This document shows positions 23,957 through 31,522 of a DNA stretch of 39,175 nt, piece by piece (the first letter of the stretch is position 1; the number at the start of each line of letters is the position of its first letter). The stretch spans positions 1 through 39,175 of the forward strand of contig JBAYJU010000002.1 in assembly GCA_041664865.1 (NCBI GenBank), in the 5' to 3' direction. Under the pieces are notes generated by a model. That model saw only the letters and a program-made list of their open reading frames with translations, had not been told where the DNA came from and searched no databases. A program made the translations under genes and the position numbers. This stretch comes from Minisyncoccota bacterium. Its GTDB lineage: Bacteria; Patescibacteriota; Minisyncoccia; Phycocordibacterales; Phycocordibacteraceae.

Positions 23957-26354
23957 AAAAACAATAAGCAAGAAACGCATAGTGCTTCTCGACAGTCATG
24001 CGATTATCCATCGTGCATATCATGCACTCGAGAAGGCGGAAATGACCGGCCCAGATGGCACACCTACTGGCGCTCTCTATGGACTCACGTCGATGCTCCT
24101 GAAAATCATCACAGACCTCAAGCCGGATTACATCGCTGCGTGCTATGACTTGCCGAAGCCGACAATCCGCCACGAAGCATATGCTGACTACAAGGGCTCG
24201 CGCAAAGCGACCGATGACGCACTCGCTCAGCAACTGCAAGAGTCGCGCAAGGTATTCGAAGCATTTTCCATACCAATGTATGAGCGGGAAGGGTTTGAGG
24301 CTGATGATCTGCTCGGTACAATCGCACACGAATTGCGCGAAGAAGAGGGCGTCGACGTCATCATCGCCTCGGGCGACATGGACACGCTCCAGCTCGTCGA
24401 CGATGAACGCGTCCGCGTGTACACGCTAAAGAAAGGCATTCAAGACACGATTCTATACGACGAGAAGTCGGTCGTAGCACGGTTTGGATTCAAGCCTAAA
24501 CTCATTCCGGATTGGAAGGGTTTGCGTGGCGACCCGTCTGACAATATCAAGGGTATCCCTGGTGTCGGAGAGAAGACCGCGACTGATCTCATAAAGCAGT
24601 TCGGCTCGATAGAAGATATTTACGCGACACTCGAGAAGAAGGGCGAATCCGCTTTCCTTAAAAATGGAGTGAAAGCACGCATGATAGGGCTGCTCAAAGA
24701 GCACGAAGATGAGGCGCGTTTCTCGAAATCGCTGGCGACCATCAGACTAGATGTTCCGATTGCGTTCACGCTCCCGGAACATGCGTGGCGCGAGACGGCC
24801 GATTCCGAGAAAATGCTCGCCATGTGCGACGAGTTCGGTTTCAGGACCCTCAAGGATAGAATCAAGACATTGTTCGGCGCAATGAGTGGTTTCGTAAACC
24901 CATCATCTGATGATGGGTTTACGAAACCACTCATTGAAGAAGAAATAGATGACACACGTTTCAGGGAGGCGCAGGCTATGCTCTGGCTCATTTCGTCGGA
25001 GTTCACGAACCCTTCGCTCGATGATATCCTCGCGTTCGCCAAAGAGCGCACCTTCGAAGTGGCATATGAGAAACTTGAGAAACAGATTGCTGAGCTCGGG
25101 GAAGTGCACGGTGTGTATGACAACATTGAGAAACCGCTCATCCCGGTCATACTCAAGATGGAGGAGCGAGGGGTGCTAATAGACACTGGCGTACTGAGCG
25201 GTCTTGCTGACACATATCGCGCTGAGCTCGAGAGTATCGAGAAAAAGATTTATAAGGAGGCAGGGCACGAGTTCAATGTGAGCTCGCCGAAACAGCTGGG
25301 TGACGTGCTCTTCGACGAGATGAAACTCGTCCCAGATAGGCAGAAGAAGACTGCGGGCGGCGCTCGCTCTACGCGTGAAAGTGAGCTCGAGAAGATTCGC
25401 GACGCTCACCCAATCGTTGCAGACATTCTCGAGTATCGCGAGCTGAAGAAGCTGCTCTCGACTTATATAGACAATCTGCCGGCGCTGCTTGACGCGGGCC
25501 ATCGCCTTCATGCCGAGTTCATCCAGACTGGCACTACTACCGGGCGCATGGCTTCGCAGAATCCGAACTTGCAGAACATACCAATGCGCTCAGAGCGCGG
25601 TCGGGCCATAAGACACGCATTCATTGCGCCTGAAGGATTCACTCTGTTGGCGCTCGACTATTCACAGATAGAGCTACGTCTAGCGGCGATACTCTCTGGT
25701 GATGAAAAGCTTTGTGAGATATTCAAGGGTGGCCGCGATGTTCATACAGAGGTGGCTGCTCAGGTTTTCCATGTCGCGCCTGAAAGTGTAGATGCTGAGA
25801 TGCGCCGCCGCGCGAAGGTAATCAACTTCGGCATCCTGTACGGTATGGGAATCAATGCTCTGCGACAACAGCTGGGCACCACGGCGGCCGAGACGCATGC
25901 TTTTTATGAAAATTATTTCAGTACATTTAAGACGTTGTCAGAATATCTTGAGTCGACCAAGGGTTTCGCGCGGACGCATGGATACACGGAGACGCTCTTC
26001 GGTCGCCGCAGACAATTCCCGGAGATGAAGTCATCATTGCCATACGTGCGCGCACAAGCTGAGCGCATGGCAATCAATGCTCCGATACAGGGCACTGAGG
26101 CCGACGTAATCAAGCTCGCGATGGTGAGTGTCGACAGCATGCTCGAGAGGGAGGGTGCTAGTACAGACGCGTACCTACTGCTTCAAGTTCATGACGAGCT
26201 TGTGTATGAGATACGCGATGGCCGTGTCGCCAGTCTGAGTGCAAAGATAAAAGAAATAATGGAATCCATCTTGTCGCCAGAGCAAACGCATGGTGTTCCA
26301 ATCATAGCCACGATGAAATCCGGCCCGAACTGGGGCGATATGCGTTCGTTATGA
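23949..26354 (+). CDS. polA: DNA polymerase I
   Basis: 5'-nuclease domain followed by the polymerase motifs DYSQIELR, KVINFGILYGMG and QVHDELV. The start ATG at 23949 overlaps the tsaE stop (ATGTCTAG). Confidence 0.95.
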   Translation: MSRKTISKKRIVLLDSHAIIHRAYHALEKAEMTGPDGTPTGALYGLTSMLLKIITDLKPDYIAACYDLPKPTIRHEAYADYKGSRKATDDALAQQLQESRKVFEAFSIPMYEREGFEADDLLGTIAHELREEEGVDVIIASGDMDTLQLVDDERVRVYTLKKGIQDTILYDEKSVVARFGFKPKLIPDWKGLRGDPSDNIKGIPGVGEKTATDLIKQFGSIEDIYATLEKKGESAFLKNGVKARMIGLLKEHEDEARFSKSLATIRLDVPIAFTLPEHAWRETADSEKMLAMCDEFGFRTLKDRIKTLFGAMSGFVNPSSDDGFTKPLIEEEIDDTRFREAQAMLWLISSEFTNPSLDDILAFAKERTFEVAYEKLEKQIAELGEVHGVYDNIEKPLIPVILKMEERGVLIDTGVLSGLADTYRAELESIEKKIYKEAGHEFNVSSPKQLGDVLFDEMKLVPDRQKKTAGGARSTRESELEKIRDAHPIVADILEYRELKKLLSTYIDNLPALLDAGHRLHAEFIQTGTTTGRMASQNPNLQNIPMRSERGRAIRHAFIAPEGFTLLALDYSQIELRLAAILSGDEKLCEIFKGGRDVHTEVAAQVFHVAPESVDAEMRRRAKVINFGILYGMGINALRQQLGTTAAETHAFYENYFSTFKTLSEYLESTKGFARTHGYTETLFGRRRQFPEMKSSLPYVRAQAERMAINAPIQGTEADVIKLAMVSVDSMLEREGASTDAYLLLQVHDELVYEIRDGRVASLSAKIKEIMESILSPEQTHGVPIIATMKSGPNWGDMRSL
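24880..24936. repeat. Family-1 perfect 57-nt palindrome embedded in frame in polA
   Basis: 28-bp arms around the centre at T24908, with no mismatches (checked base by base). It is translated as AMSGFVNPSSDDGFTKPLI. Confidence 0.95.
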
Positions 26355-27076
26355 TTTATCTTTTCCACGGGAGCGATGCCGAGAAGGTTCGCACGAAGGC
26401 GTTCGCTTGGGTTGCGGCTGCGCGGTCTAGGGAGCCGAATCTAGCGTATGTGCGCTTGGCTCGTGAAGAGTTGAGTGATGCTGCGCTTCAAGATGCGGCA
26501 ATGTCTGGAGGGCTCTTCGTTTCGCGCCTGCTAGTGCTCATAGATGATCCGTACCCGCCTACTCATTCGATCTTTGATGAAGAAAGGGTGGACACCGGAT
26601 GTCCACCCCCATATGTTGGACATCCGGTGTCCAACCAAGATGGGCTACTTGGTGAACATGTAGACGCACTCGCGGCTTCTGACAACGCCATCATAATTCT
26701 CGCGCCGAAACTTGCGGCGGTGAAGGCGAAGAGGCTCGTCGCGAAGGCGAAAGTTGAATACAAATTTGATCTGACAACCCAGCGCCGCGAAGCGGCGCGG
26801 GGATTCAACTCAGCACTTGTGAACGCGCTCGCTAATCGCTCACGCGCCCAGCTCTGGCTCGAAGTGAATCGTGCTCTCCGTGCGGGCGACGCGCCCGAAA
26901 TGCTTCACGGTCTCCTTCACTGGAAGGCGCGCGACATTATGGAGAAGGGTAGTCGTGCATGGTCGCCAAAAGAATCGCGAGCGCTCTCGCTCGCACTCAT
27001 CGAGCTCCTACAGTCCTCTCGTCGTGGAGGTCTAGGCTTGGCACTTTCTCTCGAAAGGTTTTCATTGTCGATATAG
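26351..27076 (+). CDS. holA: DNA polymerase III delta subunit-like protein
   Basis: N-terminal IYLFHGSDAEKV is typical of HolA. ATGA overlap with polA. The call is from weak motif recognition plus context. Confidence 0.55.
   Translation: MIYLFHGSDAEKVRTKAFAWVAAARSREPNLAYVRLAREELSDAALQDAAMSGGLFVSRLLVLIDDPYPPTHSIFDEERVDTGCPPPYVGHPVSNQDGLLGEHVDALAASDNAIIILAPKLAAVKAKRLVAKAKVEYKFDLTTQRREAARGFNSALVNALANRSRAQLWLEVNRALRAGDAPEMLHGLLHWKARDIMEKGSRAWSPKESRALSLALIELLQSSRRGGLGLALSLERFSLSI
26586..26635. repeat. Family-2 hairpin doublet embedded in frame in holA
   Basis: Hairpins at 26586-26608 (9-bp stem, loop CCGGA) and 26615-26635 (8-bp stem, loop TCCGG). The cores 26589-26605 and 26617-26633 are exact reverse complements. 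It is translated as VDTGCPPPYVGHPVSN. Confidence 0.9.
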
Positions 27077-27084
27077 TTTTTGTG

Positions 27085-27157
27085 TGCGCCCCCTGGGGGT
27101 CGAACCCAGAACCTCTTCCTTAAAAGGGAATTGCTCTACCAGTTGAGCTAGGGGCGC
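27085..27157 (-). tRNA. tRNA-Lys (anticodon TTT)
   Basis: Hand-folded cloverleaf: acceptor GCGCCCC/GGGGCGC, anticodon loop CTTTTAA, T arm CTGGG-TTCGACC-CCCAG. CCA is not encoded. Confidence 0.85.
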
Positions 27158-27192
27158 GATTTTTATAACGTACCTTTTTTTGTCACTTTTTT

Positions 27193-28152
27193 CTAGTAGC
27201 TAAACGCATCGACTGTTTTGCCGGTCTTGTCGAGGAGCTTCACCACCTCGTGCCTGGTACGCCACATCGAGGTGCTGCGACCTAGATACACGCGCCACGT
27301 ATTGCCATTGAGGTCTGTGTCACTCTGGTGGGCAGAGAGGCATCCGTTGTAGTTGAGATATTTCGTCACGAAGCTTTGACATGCGCTCGTAGCTCCGGCT
27401 GGCGGAGTGAGTGTTACCTGGCAGCGAGAGAGTTTATTCACGAAGTCAATGCATCGCGCATCGCGGATGTAGTATGGGCCATATAGTGATGTGAGCTCAT
27501 CGGCAGGAAGAGGGCAGTTCTGTGGTAGGGCAGGAGAGAATTTCTGAAATGTACTGAAATATCCTATGCACTTGTTCTCACGGAAGGACGCACCGATTGG
27601 TGATTGTCCTGTGTTGATGATTGCTCTCTGGCCAGCCGTGAGCACGATATCCTGCTCGGCATTCACTGTGCCAGAGGTAGGTATCTCAGTGCCCTTTGGT
27701 ATTGCTACGGTGTTGCCAGTCACACTGCTCTGTAACACCCATCCAGATAAGTCGACAGGAACCTCTGCGTCTTGGGTAATACGTATCTCAATTGATTCGT
27801 TCTTTGGGTCACTTGAGCCAGCGTTAGAAATAGAGTGGCTCATCGACACGATTCTGCGGTATGGAGACGCTTCTCCAAAGGCGATACCTCCGACGGGGGC
27901 CGGTGCTGATGTCTCTGGGCCATTCGAGAGGCTTCCGCCGCCGGTGGATGATCCAGGGAGAGACACGTCAGAACTGCCAATACCATATCGAGCACGAGGG
28001 AATGATAGGTATGTGCCGCCACCTAGGACATCTGGTTCTGCGAGTGATGGGCCAGTGAATGCGATTGGGTGTGTAGGGCCGCCTATGGCTATCCATATGA
28101 GGAATATAAAGACGAAAATCCCAATAAAAAACCATGAGTCGTGGAACTCCAT
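27193..28152 (-). CDS. Membrane-anchored lamin-tail-domain (LTD)-like protein with a Cys-containing C-terminal domain
   Basis: N-terminal TM helix. ESIEIRITQDAEVPVDLSGWVLQS resembles the LTD core (from memory). Confidence 0.45.
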   Translation of the reverse strand: MEFHDSWFFIGIFVFIFLIWIAIGGPTHPIAFTGPSLAEPDVLGGGTYLSFPRARYGIGSSDVSLPGSSTGGGSLSNGPETSAPAPVGGIAFGEASPYRRIVSMSHSISNAGSSDPKNESIEIRITQDAEVPVDLSGWVLQSSVTGNTVAIPKGTEIPTSGTVNAEQDIVLTAGQRAIINTGQSPIGASFRENKCIGYFSTFQKFSPALPQNCPLPADELTSLYGPYYIRDARCIDFVNKLSRCQVTLTPPAGATSACQSFVTKYLNYNGCLSAHQSDTDLNGNTWRVYLGRSTSMWRTRHEVVKLLDKTGKTVDAFSY

Positions 28153-28164
28153 ACTTGAATAATA

Positions 28165-29394
28165 TCAAACTTCTGCGTGAAGTCGCTCAAGCTCCTCACG
28201 GATAACCTGTGCATCGCTCCACGGAGTTTTTGATCCGTTAGGTCCCATTATGAATGGGTCGGTGCCTTTTCCAGAAATCAAGACGGCGTCGCCAGGACGC
28301 GCGGCGCGAAGCGCCGCGCGTATTGCTTCACGCCGGTCCATAATTATCTGCGGCGCGCGCCCCATGCCTGCCGCCATCGCGTCGATAATATCTCTCGGGT
28401 CTTCGTCATAAGGGTCTTCGTTGGTGAGGATGACGACGTCGCAAGCTGCGTCTGCGATCTTACCCATCTCTGGCCTCTTCCATGTATCGCGGCCTCCGCC
28501 AGTGTTACCTAGCACGCAGATTTTCCTCTGATTAGGAAATGCGCCATATAGCGCGCTTAGTGAGTCTGGCGTGTGTGCATAGTCGACGATGGCGATGAAA
28601 TCCTGCCCGGCTTCGACGCGTTCGACGCGCCCACTTATGTGTGACAACTCACTGAGAGCTTTGGCAGAGGTCTCGGGCGGTACACCAAATGCTTCCGCGG
28701 TTTTTATTGCAGCGAGGGCATTCAGGATCGTGAACTTTCCGGGGAGTTGAAGCGCGAACCGTGTGCCGCAATACGAAAACGAAACACTTTTTTCATCCAT
28801 ATGAACATCACTGGTGTCAGCAAAAGAAAAAGGGATTTGCATCTCTACGGGTAGGGCTAGGAAGTCGGATCCACGCGTATCGTCTGCGTTTGCGATGATG
28901 CGTCGCGGACGCTTCATCGAATGCGTGAGCGCCTTACCTAGAGCGAATTTCGCCTGGAAATAGTTTTCCATTGATCCGTGTGATTCGATATGCTCTTTCT
29001 GTAGGTTCGTGAAAACAAGAGCGTCGAGATCTAGGAAGAGGTGCCGGTACTGCAAGGCAGCTTCGCTAGAGATTTCCACAACGGCATAGGTACACTTTTT
29101 GGTCAGCGCTTCATAGATGAATTTCTGAATGAAACCACGCCCAGGGAGAGTCATTTTGTAGAGATTTGGTCGTGATTCATTGCCGATGCAGAAGCGGATT
29201 GTCCCAGCGAGAGCTGTCTTGTGTCCTGCTGTCATTAGTATCGTGTACAGCATTTCGGCCACAGAAGATTTGCCTTTTGTTCCGGTTACGCCGATGACTG
29301 TCATATTCCTGGCTGGGAATCGGTACCAGACAGATGAGAATAATGCCCACAAGAAGTGGTATGGGGAGAGGAGTTTTCGCCGTATGTGAATCAT
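28165..29394 (-). CDS. Mur ligase family protein (MurE-like, lacking the N-terminal domain)
   Basis: VIGVTGTKGKSS P-loop plus central and C-terminal Mur ligase regions. TNEDPYDEDP occupies the position of the MurE DNPR motif. Confidence 0.75.
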   Translation of the reverse strand: MIHIRRKLLSPYHFLWALFSSVWYRFPARNMTVIGVTGTKGKSSVAEMLYTILMTAGHKTALAGTIRFCIGNESRPNLYKMTLPGRGFIQKFIYEALTKKCTYAVVEISSEAALQYRHLFLDLDALVFTNLQKEHIESHGSMENYFQAKFALGKALTHSMKRPRRIIANADDTRGSDFLALPVEMQIPFSFADTSDVHMDEKSVSFSYCGTRFALQLPGKFTILNALAAIKTAEAFGVPPETSAKALSELSHISGRVERVEAGQDFIAIVDYAHTPDSLSALYGAFPNQRKICVLGNTGGGRDTWKRPEMGKIADAACDVVILTNEDPYDEDPRDIIDAMAAGMGRAPQIIMDRREAIRAALRAARPGDAVLISGKGTDPFIMGPNGSKTPWSDAQVIREELERLHAEV

Positions 29395-29936
29395 GATCCA
29401 GATGAGAGCGCGGCCTTGAGGCGCAGGTCTTTGCCGACCATACCGTCTGGTATGCCTTGCAGAGCCTTACGCGCTTCGCGCTCGGTGTAGCCGAGTGCTA
29501 CGAGAGTTTCGAACACTTCGCCGTCAGCATCGTCATGCGCGCAAGGGCCGACCTTGTCTGCCAGCTCGACCAGCATTTTTTCGGCGCTCTTTTTTCCGAG
29601 CCCCACGACTTTAGTGAGGTACGTGAGATCGCGTTTGCTTATGGCGCCCTCCAGCGCCTCGCGCGGCGCGCGGCGCAATACCGACAGGGCAGTCTTGGGC
29701 CCCACGCCAGAGACAGAGAGAATGAGCTCGAAGAAGTTGCGATCGGCTACGTTGGCAAATCCATAGAGCTCGAGACCGTCCTGCTTGATTGTGAGGTGTG
29801 TCGCGAGCGTCGCCTCGCTGTCTAATGTGAGCGTCTCGGGCGCACTCATGCGCACCTCGATGCCAAACCCAGCCACCTCGACGACCGCGCTCGTCGGTCC
29901 CACGCCTACCACCCTCCCGCGAATCTGTCGGATCAT
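29391..29936 (-). CDS. ruvA: Holliday junction DNA helicase subunit RuvA
   Basis: MIRQIRGRVVGVGPTSAVVEVAGFGIEV plus HhH motifs. The start at 29936 is preferred because TGCTACCAT lies 6 nt upstream. ATGA overlap with the Mur ligase gene. Confidence 0.85.
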   Translation of the reverse strand: MIRQIRGRVVGVGPTSAVVEVAGFGIEVRMSAPETLTLDSEATLATHLTIKQDGLELYGFANVADRNFFELILSVSGVGPKTALSVLRRAPREALEGAISKRDLTYLTKVVGLGKKSAEKMLVELADKVGPCAHDDADGEVFETLVALGYTEREARKALQGIPDGMVGKDLRLKAALSSGS

Positions 29937-29942
29937 GGACAT

Positions 29943-29951
29943 ATGGTAGCA
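29943..29951 (-). promoter_or_regulatory. Extended -10 TGCTACCAT, 6 nt upstream of the ruvA ATG
   Basis: The minus strand reads TGCTACCAT-ATGTCC-ATG. The same block recurs at 31368-31376. Confidence 0.45.
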
Positions 29952-30081
29952 TCGCCCAGCCGACGTAGTGCTATTGACAATCTATAACTAAAGCGTAGTC
30001 TATGTCTTGGAATGCGGTTCTTCGGTCTAGCGATCAAAAAAGCTTGGCTAAACAATAATTCAGAAATAAGGAGAGATGTCC

Positions 30082-30528
30082 ATGGCACTTCTAGAGAGAG
30101 TTTCCACAATAGTTATCCCCGCCATCCCTCAGTTCGTCGTAGCAGACAAACTGCGCATTGGCGAAACGGTCGACGGAATCAAGATTTGCTGGCTCGGCAA
30201 CAACATCAAGGAACACTTTCTCTCGAAAGTGGAAGTGGGTGTCGCGACTGAAGAATTGGTCACGAACAATCTTCTGCAGAGATCGAAAGACCCGGCAATA
30301 ATCACCTCTCTTGGTGGTGAAGAAAAGGTCGAGGTCAGCTGTGGCCAATTCTGGGAATACTTGAAGACGGCGGACCAGAATTTTTGGTATGTCGCATACA
30401 TCAGAGATACTGATGGCGTTCTATGGGCGGTCGGCGGCCGCTGGGGCGGCGGCGGCTGGCACTTCAATGCCAATCCGCTCGATGACCCGAGCCGCTGGAG
30501 CGATGGTCTTCAGTTCCTTTCCCGCTGA
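30082..30528 (+). CDS. Hypothetical protein (148 aa; Gly/Trp-rich C-terminus GGRWGGGGWHFNANPLDDPSRW)
   Basis: Shine-Dalgarno AAGGAG at 30068-30073, 8 nt upstream of the ATG at 30082 (an alternative ATG lies at 30076). I recognise no family. Confidence 0.55.
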   Translation: MALLERVSTIVIPAIPQFVVADKLRIGETVDGIKICWLGNNIKEHFLSKVEVGVATEELVTNNLLQRSKDPAIITSLGGEEKVEVSCGQFWEYLKTADQNFWYVAYIRDTDGVLWAVGGRWGGGGWHFNANPLDDPSRWSDGLQFLSR

Positions 30529-30620
30529 TTCTTTTCATCTCTGATCTTTTTGTCTCTTGGGCCCTTTGAAACTTTGCAAAGAAATTTGCGAGGTGGAGAA
30601 GGGTCCTTTTGTTTTTGCTA

Positions 30621-31347
30621 GAGTAGCAAGGGTAGCCCTTGCTACTCGTTTTCATCTTCTGGCTTTGTCAGCCAATCAGCGATGTGCGAGACGACGTCTT
30701 TCTTTGAAGAAAAGTAATCGGGGAATTTTGTAGGATCAGTAATAGAGTGTGAATTGTTTAGATAGGCACTGTAGCTACTGTATGGATATGTTTCCACGAA
30801 GCTCATTAAATTGTTCCCGGGGTGAATTTTCTTTTGCCACTCTGGCTCTTTAAGTTTTGCAGGGTTTAGGTGAATATAAGAAAATAGATATTCTAAATAT
30901 CGGTCAGTGTCAGCGTGAGTGCTTCTGAATGGTCCTTGGAAGAGGGAACCGCTGCGCTCGTTCTTGGTATTGAAATACATCGAATATCCTGTTTGGAGCT
31001 TGAGCATGTACTTAGAAACGCCACCTTCAACCAATGGTGTCACTAAAAGATGGAAATGATTTGGCATAAGACAGAATGCACCGATGGCTACCAAGGGTGC
31101 TCCACGATCTCGATTGAAAACATCTTCATATTTTGTTGCCTTGAGTACGTTGCCTATGCGCATTTCTTGTGCGGTGTTAGCCAGATACAGAAGCATCATG
31201 AATCTTCGGTAGTCACTCGACGATGAGAAGATAGTGCGCTTATCTACACCTCTGTTGTAAAGGTGATAGTACTCATTTTCAACAAAGGAAATTTTTCTTT
31301 CCATCCTTCGAATTGTATCACAAGGTAGCAAGGGCTACCCTTGCTAC
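30621..31347 (-). mobile_element. Minimal RAYT unit: HUH transposase gene bounded by exact inverted GTAG hairpins
   Basis: The left hairpin at 30621-30647 has a 12-bp stem and loop TAG. The right hairpin at 31325-31347 has a 10-bp stem and loop CTA. The 23-nt cores are exact reverse complements (GTAGCAAGGG-TAG/CTA-CCCTTGCTAC). Confidence 0.7.
30642..31304 (-). CDS. REP-associated tyrosine transposase (RAYT / IS200-like Y1 HUH transposase)
   Basis: HUH motif LMPNHFHLLV and the catalytic Tyr region YIHLNPAKL. The start MERKISF at 31304 is preferred because the upstream ATG at 31331 lies inside the hairpin. The stop codon lies inside the left hairpin. Confidence 0.75.
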   Translation of the reverse strand: MERKISFVENEYYHLYNRGVDKRTIFSSSSDYRRFMMLLYLANTAQEMRIGNVLKATKYEDVFNRDRGAPLVAIGAFCLMPNHFHLLVTPLVEGGVSKYMLKLQTGYSMYFNTKNERSGSLFQGPFRSTHADTDRYLEYLFSYIHLNPAKLKEPEWQKKIHPGNNLMSFVETYPYSSYSAYLNNSHSITDPTKFPDYFSSKKDVVSHIADWLTKPEDENE

Positions 31348-31367
31348 GGATATCGAATCATGAGTGT

Positions 31368-31376
31368 ATGGTAGCA
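31368..31376 (-). promoter_or_regulatory. Extended -10 TGCTACCAT driving a 5-codon ruvA-like mini-ORF (MIRYP*, 31344-31361) and probably the RAYT gene
   Basis: The minus strand reads TGCTACCAT-ACACTC-ATGATTCGATATCCGTAG. The stop codon lies in the right REP hairpin. Confidence 0.4.
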
Positions 31377-31522
31377 TCGTGCTGGCACCGGCGTGCTATT
31401 TACAAATGAATATATGCATGTACTCTAACGGTAGAGTACAGATCCTTAAGTAAATTGGGCGAACGGAATTGTCCGTTTAGCTCACAAAATACATACACAG
31501 GAATTGGAAAAGGAGGTAGGTC

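Noticed and set aside
926-26635. A CRISPR array, as an explanation for the recurring palindromic repeats.
   Set aside because: The copies are isolated doublets at unrelated loci, mostly inside genes. There is no regular repeat-spacer periodicity and no cas genes.
29968-30001. A classical -35/-10 promoter (TTGACA, 16-nt spacer, TAGTCT), with the counterpart TTTACA, 16-nt spacer, TACTCT at 31401-31426.
   Set aside because: It is plausible but not reported as a feature. The spacing is 16 nt, the -10 hexamers are weak, and the same bases can be read as TGCTATTGA-type extended -10 boxes. I cannot decide between these without transcription start data.
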